Assembly (NCBI GenBank): GCA_017561865.1
Contig: JAFZBH010000005.1
Span: 28,302 to 92,301 of the forward strand
From: Bacteroidales bacterium
Lineage (GTDB): Bacteria > Bacteroidota > Bacteroidia > Bacteroidales > UBA932
Direction of reading: 5' to 3'
Length of the DNA: 64,000 nt
The translations under genes were made by a program, and so were the position numbers. Shown here one piece after another: positions 19,621 to 31,249 of this stretch (position 1 is the first letter of the stretch; every line of letters starts with the position of its first letter). Under the pieces are notes generated by a model, which was not told where the DNA came from, searched no databases, and worked only from the letters and a program-made list of their open reading frames with translations.

Positions 19621-20360
19621 AAACGCTGCGCTGCATGGTCGTCGACGACGAGCCGCTCGCCGTCAAGATGCTGGAGAATTACATTTCCAAAACTTCCTTC
19701 CTGGAACTGGAAGCCTCTTTCACCGACCCCGTGGCAGCGCTGGAAGCTATCCGGGAAAAGCGCCCGCAGCTGGTTTTCCTGGACATCCAGATGCCCGACC
19801 TCAACGGAATGGAACTGTCGCGGATGATCCCGGACGGGACGCGCATCATCTTTACGACAGCGTTCAAGGACTACGCTTTCGACAGCTACGAAGTCTCCGC
19901 CCTGGATTTCCTGCTCAAGCCCATCCGCTACCAGAAATTCCTGGAGGGGGCCGAGAAAGCGCGCGCCTGGTTCGAGCTGGTGGACAGTGCCGGATCGGCG
20001 GAAAACGCCGCCCCGGCTGCGGAAAACCGTCAGGATTCCATCTTCGTCAAGGCTGACGGGCAGCTGCACAAAGTAGCCTTCTCCGACATCCGCTACGTGG
20101 AGGGGATGAAGGACTATGTCCTGCTGCATCTCTGCTCGGAGAAACGGCCGCTCGTCACGCACATCACGATGAAGGCGGTCGAGGACCTGCTCCCCGACAA
20201 AGCCTTTATGCGGGTGCACCGCTCCTACATCATCGCCCTGGACAAGATCGACTCCATCGGCGGCTCTTACGACATTTCCATCGGCGACACGCTCATCCAC
20301 GTCTCCGATGCATACCGCCCCGCTTTCGAGAATTACCTTTCGCAGCGGATGCTGCGATAA
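19617..20360 (+). CDS. LytTR-family response regulator
   Basis: VVDDE, FLDIQMP, LLKP; LytTR FMRVHRSYII. Confidence 0.94.
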   Translation: MKTLRCMVVDDEPLAVKMLENYISKTSFLELEASFTDPVAALEAIREKRPQLVFLDIQMPDLNGMELSRMIPDGTRIIFTTAFKDYAFDSYEVSALDFLLKPIRYQKFLEGAEKARAWFELVDSAGSAENAAPAAENRQDSIFVKADGQLHKVAFSDIRYVEGMKDYVLLHLCSEKRPLVTHITMKAVEDLLPDKAFMRVHRSYIIALDKIDSIGGSYDISIGDTLIHVSDAYRPAFENYLSQRMLR

Positions 20361-20382
20361 AACGGCATCATTCATCTTCGAT

Positions 20383-22404
20383 ATGATCTCAACCCTTGCA
20401 TTGACCCTCCTGGTTCTCGCCTTCGTCATCTGCTATGCGATAACCACCATCCTGCTCATCAAACGGAAGCCCACACTCCTGTGGACGCCGGCCACCATCA
20501 TCGCCCTCTGTTCGATCGTGTTCTACTGGAACGTGTACGGACAGACCGGCGTGATGTCCCCGCTCCCCAGGCTCATCGTCTCGGTCAGGGATTCGTTGAA
20601 CCTCTTCCTGTTCAACATGAATTCCACCTTCGGCCGCTTCGTCAATTTCTTCTACCTGCTTCCCGGCCAGTCGGCCGCCACCCAGGAGAGCATGATGGTC
20701 GAACAGCATTTCATCCTGCTTTCGGGCCTGTTCCTGTGTTCCATCTGGACCACCTCCCTGCTGATCGTCTATTTCCTCGCCCGCCGTTTCTCCAGCAGGC
20801 TGATCCTCGCCTGGAATACCCGGACGCAGTCCGACAAACCGGTCCGCCTGTTCCTGGGCAGCGACCCGAAAGCCATCTCGGTCGCCAAGAGCATGGACAA
20901 AGGGGAAAGGGTCGTTATCGTGGAATTCCCGGAAAAGGAGTTCATACCCAACAAGATGTCGCTCTTCCAGCTGCTTCGCAGCGTCCGTTCCTACTCCGAC
21001 ACGAGCCGGAGCATCCAGCGGCAGGTCCCGGGGTCCCTGGTCCTGAAGGCCCGCAAGGCCCTCGCCAACTGCTCCGAGAACCATTTCTTTGCGGATATGG
21101 GCCTCAAAGACCTGGAAAAATGGGCCAGTTTATCCAATACCTGCATCTTCCTGCTTTCCGACGACAAGGCCACGAACCTGGACGTGATGCGCAAGATCCT
21201 CACGTTCCCGGCCCAGATCTACTGTCACGCCAAGCGGGAAGGCGTCACGCTCCGGATGGAACTCGCCTCCGACCACATCCATATCCTGGACAACACCTTC
21301 CTGGGGACCCAGGCGCTCAAGATGCGCCAGGACCTCTACCCCGTCCACGTCGTGAATGTGGCCAAAGATGCGACCGGAGCCCCTCTCGGCTATGTCCAAA
21401 GTCCTTTCAACGCCCTCATCTGCGGATTCGGGCAGGCCGGGCAGGGCGTCCTTTCCTTCCTGTATGAGTTCGGCGCTTTCGTGGGCGAGGACAAGAACCC
21501 GATTATTTCGCACTGCGAGGTGATCGATGCCAAGATGGACGCGCTTTCCGGCGCCTACCTCGTCTCACACCCGGGCCTGAACCCGGCCAGGGTCCATTTC
21601 CGGCAGGAGCAGACGGAAAGCACCCGCTTCTGGCAGGACCTGCGGGAAAGCATCCAGACACTGAATTTCATCTTCGTGGGCATCGGTGACGACAGCCACA
21701 ACCTGCAGTTGGCGCTCGATCTGCTCGATTTCACCTACCGGTTCCGGACTTCCCGGGAGAACTTCCTCATCCTGGTCAAGCTGAACCGGCCTTCCGCCTA
21801 CAAGGAAACCATCGACTTCTATAACCGGAATTTCGGCACGGAAGGCTGCCTGAGGACCATCGGGGACCTGGACGTCATCTGGACCTGGGACAACATTTCC
21901 GGCCGGAAATACGAAGGCCAGGCCAAGACCTTCTACTCCGCCTATGCCCGCGCCTCCGCCGACCCGACCAGCTGGGAAGAACGCAACCGAAGCATCCTGC
22001 GAAAGCCCGGATCGGAACTGTCCAACAAGATGGAGATCATCCGCAAGATCGGACAGGACTTCACCAACAGTTTCCATATGGACGTAAAAGCCGTGCTGTG
22101 CCCGCCCCGGCTGTGGATCAACCCCGAGGTGGCCGCGGCCATCCCTTCATTCCCGGACGGCGACATCCATTATACGGGCGACAAGGAAGCCGACAAGGAG
22201 GTGCTCGAATACCTCGCCATCGGCGAGCATATCCGCTGGAATGCCGCGATGGAAGCGGAAGGATACGCCCCGGGATCCGTCAAAAGCGAGGACAGGAAGA
22301 CGCTTCCCAACATACGGGAATACGACTTCCTGACCGAAGAGGTCAAACACTACGACTGGATCGTGGTGAAGACCACGCTGGAGACCTTGCGCTCCAGACT
22401 GTAA
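20383..22404 (+). CDS. Membrane protein with Rossmann/RCK-like domains and a C-terminal RyR domain
   Basis: Three N-terminal TMs; ICGFGQAG Rossmann motif; LAIGEHIRWNAAMEAEGY...KTLPNIREYDFL..EVKHYD RyR signature. Confidence 0.7.
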   Translation: MISTLALTLLVLAFVICYAITTILLIKRKPTLLWTPATIIALCSIVFYWNVYGQTGVMSPLPRLIVSVRDSLNLFLFNMNSTFGRFVNFFYLLPGQSAATQESMMVEQHFILLSGLFLCSIWTTSLLIVYFLARRFSSRLILAWNTRTQSDKPVRLFLGSDPKAISVAKSMDKGERVVIVEFPEKEFIPNKMSLFQLLRSVRSYSDTSRSIQRQVPGSLVLKARKALANCSENHFFADMGLKDLEKWASLSNTCIFLLSDDKATNLDVMRKILTFPAQIYCHAKREGVTLRMELASDHIHILDNTFLGTQALKMRQDLYPVHVVNVAKDATGAPLGYVQSPFNALICGFGQAGQGVLSFLYEFGAFVGEDKNPIISHCEVIDAKMDALSGAYLVSHPGLNPARVHFRQEQTESTRFWQDLRESIQTLNFIFVGIGDDSHNLQLALDLLDFTYRFRTSRENFLILVKLNRPSAYKETIDFYNRNFGTEGCLRTIGDLDVIWTWDNISGRKYEGQAKTFYSAYARASADPTSWEERNRSILRKPGSELSNKMEIIRKIGQDFTNSFHMDVKAVLCPPRLWINPEVAAAIPSFPDGDIHYTGDKEADKEVLEYLAIGEHIRWNAAMEAEGYAPGSVKSEDRKTLPNIREYDFLTEEVKHYDWIVVKTTLETLRSRL

Positions 22405-22413
22405 AAAGGGAAG

Positions 22414-22443
22414 ATCCTGCGCGTATCAGAATACGCGCAGGAT
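22414..22443. terminator. Bidirectional hairpin between convergent genes
   Basis: ATCCTGCGCGTAT-caga-ATACGCGCAGGAT perfect 13-bp stem, half inside the PEGA gene's last codons. Confidence 0.7.
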
Positions 22444-24771
22444 GTTGTTACCCTTGGAATCTTTCGAACCCAGCGAGAACCCGATGGTCACGACGAACAT
22501 GCTCGGGACCGGAACGTCCTGCACGAAGAAGTTCGCCTGCTCGCCGGAGGCTGCCTTGTAGTCGGAACTGTAGATGTTCGCCTGGAGGTTGGGATACATC
22601 TGCATACCGGCCTTCAGGTTGACGTTCATGATCGGGAAGCGTGTGGACACTTCAGCTCCGATGAACACGTCGTGGCCCGACATATAGGAGATCGGAATGA
22701 TCTTTTTCCAGAAATCCGGATACCAGGCATAGGAGACGATGGCATTCGCGTCCAGGACGCTGAGCACGGATCCGCCCACGCGGAATTCACCGTTGAGGAA
22801 CAGGCAGGTGAAACCCGGAAGGTAATTGGCATTATCCAGGAAGATGGAGCGGGAGGTATCCCCGCTGCCCTGAGGGATCTCGAGCGGAGTATCGCCGTCT
22901 CTTCCCTGGAACAGGGTCGCCCGGATGACGGAGGTGGACAGACCGCTGAAGACACGGAATTTGATCAGATTGGCGTTGGCGATATTCCGGTACGGTTTGT
23001 TGTTCAAGCCCAGATTGACCTCCGGAGCACCGGCCAGGAAGTAATTGGCGCTGATGATCGAGAAATCCGACTTGGACCAGGAACGGATGAAGAGATTGTC
23101 CTTGGACCCTTCGTTGAACCTGAAGTTGCCCCTGTAAGCCAGGTGCCGCTCACCGATTCTGGAGACCTCGAAATAGTACGGCTTGTCACGCCAGGGCAGC
23201 CCGATTTCTGCGGGGAGGGGAACTTTGTTGACATAGAGGGAATCGCCGCCTCTGCGGTCCTTCACCGTCAGTAGAAGGTCCGCCTCGTCGGCGGAGAAAC
23301 CGAACTTGTGCGCAGTCTGCAACTTCGCGTGTTCGGTGACCACATCCTGCGCGCTGAAATCCGGTACGATATCCCGCTGCACGGCCAGGTATTCCCCTTT
23401 CTCCACCACCAGTTTATAGACGTGTTCCGGGCCCAGATCCCGGAGGAAGTACGGCTCGGTGGGGGTGTATCCGATCACGTCGCCGTCCACCGTAACCGTG
23501 GCGTCAGAGGGGTCGGAAGTGAAAACATACGGGCGGAAACGCACCATGGACACCCCGATGGAGACTTCTTCCTGTTCCTTGACGGTGACCGGATAAGTCG
23601 TCTCCCGGGACACGAACCCTTCTTTCTCCAGCGTGATCAGGTGGTCGCCCACGAGGACAGGCTTGCGCACCAGGTCACGGACGGTCCCCACCGTTTCTCC
23701 GTCCATTTTCACGACGGCATCCAGCGCCTGGCCTTCATCCAGGAGCGTAAGATAGCCGGAGAACGGCCTCAGGGTATAGGTAATCGGAATCTCCTCCCCG
23801 GCGCGGGCCTGGACCTGCGTCTTGACGGACTCGAAATTCCGGCACGTCACCAGGACGTCCACCCAACCGGGCGAGACAGGGATGGTCCCGTCCGAATAAT
23901 AGCAATAACGCTGGATGTCCCGGTCGTCATCATAATTGTATTCGTCGCGGGGAGCGGACACGGCCACGCCGTTGAGGGTCAGGATAACGGGCTCCTGTCC
24001 GAAATGGAATCCTTCTTCAGGAAGGATCTCGACCTTGAGCTTGGCAAACTGGGGCGCCAGTTTCAGGACGACATCCTGGATCTGGCCGATCTGCATATCG
24101 TCCACCACGGTGATCACGGTATCCTTCTGGTAATAGCCGTTCTTCTCGGCGTGGATCTTATACACACCGGACGGCAGCGTATCTTCCCACAGTCCGGAAA
24201 CCGGGGATTTACCCTCGACAGTCACCGTAGCGTGGTCCGGCTCCGTCCGGACGATCACCTTTTTCTGTGTCTCGGGGCGGGCGACCTGCTCCACCTGGAC
24301 CGTGCGCCGGATTTTGCCCATCGTCACGGTAAGTTGCGTCTTGCGGGGAGCTTTGTCGGGATTGAATTCGGTGCTGTAGACGATAAACTTGTCCGTTACC
24401 CGTTCCACCTTGAACCAGGAAGGGTCCGAGGACACGGCCTTGACGGTCGAAGGCCTCGCCGCCGTAAAGGCGAGACTGTCGAGACCGCGCTGATAGCCGA
24501 CTTCCAGGTTGTTGGTCGCCATATCCAGCTGGTCCCTCTTGGAGATGGCCTGCGTACAGCGGCTTTCCAGGACACGGCCCATCTGGATCTGGTCGGCAGA
24601 CAGGGAGGGAAGGTTCCTCAGACTGTTCTGGATCGCCGTTCTGGCCTTTTCGAACTGGCCCTGATTATACAATTGTTCAGCCTGTTCATACCGGCGCTGA
24701 AAATCCGGATTCTGCGCCAGAAGCGAGCATACCGGAAGAATCAGGAAGAGAAGGACGAATAATTTTCTCAT
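22426..24771 (-). CDS. Secreted protein: TPR-like helix, BACON-like domain, multiple PEGA domains, C-terminal beta-barrel-like region
   Basis: Signal peptide; YEQAEQLYNQGQFEKA; SDPSWF..NP..PR..VEQ; TSDPSDATVTVDG..G.TP. Confidence 0.7.
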   Translation of the reverse strand: MRKLFVLLFLILPVCSLLAQNPDFQRRYEQAEQLYNQGQFEKARTAIQNSLRNLPSLSADQIQMGRVLESRCTQAISKRDQLDMATNNLEVGYQRGLDSLAFTAARPSTVKAVSSDPSWFKVERVTDKFIVYSTEFNPDKAPRKTQLTVTMGKIRRTVQVEQVARPETQKKVIVRTEPDHATVTVEGKSPVSGLWEDTLPSGVYKIHAEKNGYYQKDTVITVVDDMQIGQIQDVVLKLAPQFAKLKVEILPEEGFHFGQEPVILTLNGVAVSAPRDEYNYDDDRDIQRYCYYSDGTIPVSPGWVDVLVTCRNFESVKTQVQARAGEEIPITYTLRPFSGYLTLLDEGQALDAVVKMDGETVGTVRDLVRKPVLVGDHLITLEKEGFVSRETTYPVTVKEQEEVSIGVSMVRFRPYVFTSDPSDATVTVDGDVIGYTPTEPYFLRDLGPEHVYKLVVEKGEYLAVQRDIVPDFSAQDVVTEHAKLQTAHKFGFSADEADLLLTVKDRRGGDSLYVNKVPLPAEIGLPWRDKPYYFEVSRIGERHLAYRGNFRFNEGSKDNLFIRSWSKSDFSIISANYFLAGAPEVNLGLNNKPYRNIANANLIKFRVFSGLSTSVIRATLFQGRDGDTPLEIPQGSGDTSRSIFLDNANYLPGFTCLFLNGEFRVGGSVLSVLDANAIVSYAWYPDFWKKIIPISYMSGHDVFIGAEVSTRFPIMNVNLKAGMQMYPNLQANIYSSDYKAASGEQANFFVQDVPVPSMFVVTIGFSLGSKDSKGNNILRVF

Positions 24772-24788
24772 AAGGGATATGTGGTAGG

Positions 24789-25784
24789 TTATTTGTTCAG
24801 CTTGTCTTTGATTTCCAGCAGAGACGCATCGGACGGACGCAGACGGAGCGCCCAGTTCACATAACGCAGCGCTATCTCCTTGCTCCCCTCGTCAGGCAGC
24901 AGCAGATAGTCGTTGTAATTCAGCCGGGCCGTCTGGCTCCAGAAACGGAACATCGAATCCCGCCGGGCCGTGATCTGCTGCTTCTGTCCAGCCGTGGACA
25001 CGCCGGAGAACAGGGACGCATAAGCGCCCAGATGGTAGGCGTTGCAGATGGAATCCACCTTCGCGAGCTGCCTGGAAGCATCTTCCAGACTGGTGCATTC
25101 CAACTCGAAGGTAGCGAAGGAGTTCTTGAGATTGCGGAGCGAATCCGCCTTGGAAATGGCCTTGCCGGCCTCCGCCTGAGAGCTCTCGCATTCCCGGACG
25201 GCAGCAAAGGCCGCTTCTTCGGCCTGCCGTTCCGCTTCCGCCTGCCGTTTCTGCTCCAGCGACTGCCGGACGAACAGGCCCAGGACGATGGCGGCGGCGA
25301 GGGCGATGACCGAGAAGATGATCGTGGCCATCTTCTTGATGGATTTTTTCTCCTGCTGTTTAATCGTCTCCCCGGCGTGCGGATCTTCCAGCCTCTTCTT
25401 GATGTCGGCGGGCAGGTCGTTTTCGACGGTATAGCGGGAAGAGAGGATGCGCCAGTTGATGTTGCTCAGCAGGAACTCCAGATTCTTGGGGAGCTCGCTG
25501 TTGTCGATGATCAGGGGAAAGATGAAACGGCTGCCCTTGTTGTTGACGGCAAACGTCAGCTCTTTTTGCGTAAACTCGGATGCATAGGAATGCTCGCTGG
25601 CCAGATACAGCATCAGCCTGGCGCTCATGATGGCTTCGGCGAGGACGGTCGGGAAATCAGCACCGCCGGAGATGCCCTCCAAATCCATAAAACAGCTGAT
25701 TCCATTATCAATCAGCGCTTTATATATCTTGTTCGCTACCTCGGAATCCTTCCTGGAATAGCTGATGAAAACATCGTAAGTCAT
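24789..25784 (-). CDS. TIR-domain protein with one TM helix and an extracytoplasmic helical domain
   Basis: YDVFISYSRKD; SEFTQKELTFA (catalytic Glu position retained); IFPLII; TM at about aa 153-172. Confidence 0.85.
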   Translation of the reverse strand: MTYDVFISYSRKDSEVANKIYKALIDNGISCFMDLEGISGGADFPTVLAEAIMSARLMLYLASEHSYASEFTQKELTFAVNNKGSRFIFPLIIDNSELPKNLEFLLSNINWRILSSRYTVENDLPADIKKRLEDPHAGETIKQQEKKSIKKMATIIFSVIALAAAIVLGLFVRQSLEQKRQAEAERQAEEAAFAAVRECESSQAEAGKAISKADSLRNLKNSFATFELECTSLEDASRQLAKVDSICNAYHLGAYASLFSGVSTAGQKQQITARRDSMFRFWSQTARLNYNDYLLLPDEGSKEIALRYVNWALRLRPSDASLLEIKDKLNK

Positions 25785-25826
25785 TACGTAAAAATAGCTG
25801 ACCCTAAAGTTAGCATTTTATTCTAA

Positions 25827-28115
<2,289 letters not shown>

Positions 28116-28121
28116 CGCAGG

Positions 28122-29057
28122 ATGAAGATAGCCAGCAAGATAACCAATCTGTTCACGGACCGGATCTGGGCCCTCGACACGGGCTCGGACAAGTCCGCGT
28201 ACGGCCGGCTCGTGCGGACCATCCAGGTCATCCGCATCACTTTCAAGACCTTCACGGAGAACAGGATGGGCTTCCAGTGCGTGTCGCTCAGCTATTTCAT
28301 CACCCTGGCCCTGGTGCCCTTCATCGCCTTCGCCTTCGCGATCACCGGCGGTCTGGGCCTGGACGACAAGGTGACCGAGATCCTGCAGAACATCCTTCCC
28401 TCTCACCCCGAGATCGTGAGCATGCTCTCCGAGAAAGCCGGGAACATCCTCAATTCGGCGCAGGGCGGCGGGCTCGGGCTCGTATCCGCCCTGATGTTCC
28501 TCTGGGCCATCATCTGGATGATGTTCCAGGTGGAGCGCGTGTTCAACAACGTCTGGGGCATCCTGAAGATTCCCCGCAAGCTCTACACACGCTTCGGTTT
28601 CTATTTCCTGGTGCTCTTCCTCTCGCCCTTCATCATGATCATCTTCGGTACCGGCATCGCGTACTCGACGAACCTTCCGAACCTTTTCGGCCTGGACGTC
28701 AAGGACCTGCGTTTCATCATCAAGTTCCTGGGTTACGTAGTCTTCTACGTCGTGCTGGTCGGGACCCTGTCTGTGATGTACAAATACATCCCGGCCACGT
28801 TCGTCAAGTACAAATACGCCCTGTGGGCTGCGATGATCGCCGGCATCATCTTCCTCCTGTTCCAGTACCTCTACCTCAATACGCAGATGTTCGTGGGCCG
28901 GCTGAGCCAGACCTACGGACTGCTCGCCGCCATCCCGCTCTTCCTGATCTGGCTGAATTTCAGCTGGCAGATCATCATCTACGGGGCGCAGCTCACCTAC
29001 AGTTTCCAGAATGTCGACAAATATCACGTCTCCACGTGGGACACTGAAAGCAAATGA
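28122..29057 (+). CDS. YihY/virulence factor BrkB family membrane protein
   Basis: SLSYFITLALVP, YKYIP, YGLLAAIPLFLIWLNFSWQIIIYGA. Confidence 0.9.
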   Translation: MKIASKITNLFTDRIWALDTGSDKSAYGRLVRTIQVIRITFKTFTENRMGFQCVSLSYFITLALVPFIAFAFAITGGLGLDDKVTEILQNILPSHPEIVSMLSEKAGNILNSAQGGGLGLVSALMFLWAIIWMMFQVERVFNNVWGILKIPRKLYTRFGFYFLVLFLSPFIMIIFGTGIAYSTNLPNLFGLDVKDLRFIIKFLGYVVFYVVLVGTLSVMYKYIPATFVKYKYALWAAMIAGIIFLLFQYLYLNTQMFVGRLSQTYGLLAAIPLFLIWLNFSWQIIIYGAQLTYSFQNVDKYHVSTWDTESK

Positions 29058-31243
29058 GTTTCTCCCAGTTCACATCCGATGACTACAGCCGCATCGACGC
29101 CGCGTTTGCAGCGCTGATGGACATCGCCGCGAAACGTTGCAAGGACGAGGGCGAGACCGAGACCATCCGCAAGGCGTTCGTCTTTGCCAACGAAGCCCAC
29201 AAGAACGTCCGCCGGCGCTCGGGCGAGCCGTATATGCTGCACCCGATCGCCGTGGCCAGCATCGTCGTGGGGGAAATCGGACTGGGCTGCAAGTCCATCT
29301 GCGCCGCCCTGCTGCACGACGTCGTTGAAGACACTGCTTATACGGTCGAGGACATCCGCAACCTGTTCGGCGACAAGATCGCCTCGCTCGTGGACGGGCT
29401 CACCAAGATCAAGACCGTCCTCGACAACGAGGACCGCAAGGGCGGAACGGTAAACACGGAGAGCCTGCAGGCCGAGAATTTCAAGCGCATCCTGCTTACC
29501 CTGGGCGACGACGTCCGCGTCGTGCTGATCAAGCTGGCGGACCGGCTGCACAACTGCCGCACCATCGAGTTCATGCCCGAGCACAAGCGTGACAAGATCC
29601 TCTCGGAGACGATGTTCATCTTCATCCCGCTGGCGCACCGGCTCGGCCTGTACAGCATCAAGTCCGAGATGGAGAACATCTGGCTCCGCTACAAGGAGCC
29701 GGAAGATTTCCGCCGCATCACCGAACGCATCAACCAGAACATCGCCACGCGCGACGAGGACATCGACGCTTTCATCGCTCCCATCGAGCAGGCGCTGCGC
29801 GAGGCCGGCTATCATTTCACCATCCGCAAGCGCATCAAGACCCCCTACTCCATCTGGTTCAAGATGCGCACCAAGCACGTCCCCTTCGAGCAGATCTACG
29901 ACCTCTATGCCGTCCGCATCATCTTCGACCCGCAGGAGGCCAGCCTCCAGGCCGAGCGCGGACAGGCCTACCTCATCTTCTCCACCGTCACCCAGTTGTA
30001 CCGCGAGAACCTGAGCCGCCGGCGCGACTGGATCTCCCAGCCCAAGAACAACGGCTACGAAGCCCTGCACTGCACCCTGATGAGCCACAAGGGTTTCTGG
30101 GTGGAAGTTCAGATCCGCTCGCGCAGGATGGACGACATCGCCGAGAAGGGCATCGCCGCCCACTGGGCCTACAAGAACGACGGCTACATCTCCGAGAACG
30201 ACTCCGAGATGGACAAATGGCTCGCCGAGGTCCAGGAAATCCTGCTGAGCGACGACCTCAGCGCACTCGAACTGCTGGACATCATCCACAACGACCTGGT
30301 GACCAGCGAGATCGTAGTCTTCACGCCGAAAGGCGAACAGAAGACGATCAGCAGCGGAGCCACCGCCCTGGATTTCGCCTACCGCATCCATACGGAGATC
30401 GGCAACAAGGCCATCGCCGCCAAGGTCAACATGAAACTCGTCCCCCTGTCGCACACCCTCAAGGCCGGCGACCAGGTGGAGATCATCACGGCCGAGAACG
30501 CCCGGCCCAAGATGGAATGGGGCTCCTTCCTGCAGACGCGCTATGCCCGCAACCGCGTGATCGAGTATTTCCGGCGCGATTTCGACACCATCGCGCGCGA
30601 AGGTGAGCGGATTTTCGGTGAACGCATCCGCCTGATGGGGCTCGAAAGCAACCGCGAACTGATTCGCAAATTCCTTGACTACAGCCAGTTGCGCGACGAG
30701 AACGAGCTTTGGTTCCGCATCGGTCTGGGCCTGCTCGGTCCCGAGGAATTCAAGGCCATCATCGACGAAAAGGATCTTTCCGGCGGCGATAAGAAGAAAT
30801 TCGCCAGCCGGGACGACAACGCCCACGCGGTCCAGTACAAGATCGCCGAATGCTGCCACCCGATCCCGGGCGACCCGGTCATCGGCTTCTCGATGAACGA
30901 CAACCTCGTCATCGTCCACAAGAAATCCTGCCCTGTGGCGGAAAGCCTCGCGAGCAAATACGGCAACCGAATGGTCGTCCCGCAGTGGGGCGCCGTCGAG
31001 CAGGAGTACCCGATCCGTATCTCGCTGAAGGGTATCGACCGGGTAGGCTTGCTCAACGACATCACCAATTTCATCTCCCAGACCCTCGGCATCAATATGC
31101 GCAAGCTCCAGCTTTCCACCGAAGCCGGCCTGTTCGAGGGTTTCATCGAACTGCTCGTCCGCGACAAGAAGAACCTGGAGCGGATGGTGGATGGGCTTTC
31201 CCTGATCGACGGCATCCAGGACGTCGTCCGTACCGATATCTGA
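29054..31243 (+). CDS. relA: Bifunctional (p)ppGpp synthetase/hydrolase (Rel/SpoT) with TGS and ACT domains
   Basis: RRSGEPY.HP, LLHDVVED, KLADRLHN, EVQIR, FTPKG, CCHPIPGD, DRVGLL. Confidence 0.95.
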   Translation: MSFSQFTSDDYSRIDAAFAALMDIAAKRCKDEGETETIRKAFVFANEAHKNVRRRSGEPYMLHPIAVASIVVGEIGLGCKSICAALLHDVVEDTAYTVEDIRNLFGDKIASLVDGLTKIKTVLDNEDRKGGTVNTESLQAENFKRILLTLGDDVRVVLIKLADRLHNCRTIEFMPEHKRDKILSETMFIFIPLAHRLGLYSIKSEMENIWLRYKEPEDFRRITERINQNIATRDEDIDAFIAPIEQALREAGYHFTIRKRIKTPYSIWFKMRTKHVPFEQIYDLYAVRIIFDPQEASLQAERGQAYLIFSTVTQLYRENLSRRRDWISQPKNNGYEALHCTLMSHKGFWVEVQIRSRRMDDIAEKGIAAHWAYKNDGYISENDSEMDKWLAEVQEILLSDDLSALELLDIIHNDLVTSEIVVFTPKGEQKTISSGATALDFAYRIHTEIGNKAIAAKVNMKLVPLSHTLKAGDQVEIITAENARPKMEWGSFLQTRYARNRVIEYFRRDFDTIAREGERIFGERIRLMGLESNRELIRKFLDYSQLRDENELWFRIGLGLLGPEEFKAIIDEKDLSGGDKKKFASRDDNAHAVQYKIAECCHPIPGDPVIGFSMNDNLVIVHKKSCPVAESLASKYGNRMVVPQWGAVEQEYPIRISLKGIDRVGLLNDITNFISQTLGINMRKLQLSTEAGLFEGFIELLVRDKKNLERMVDGLSLIDGIQDVVRTDI

Positions 31244-31249
31244 CGCCCG

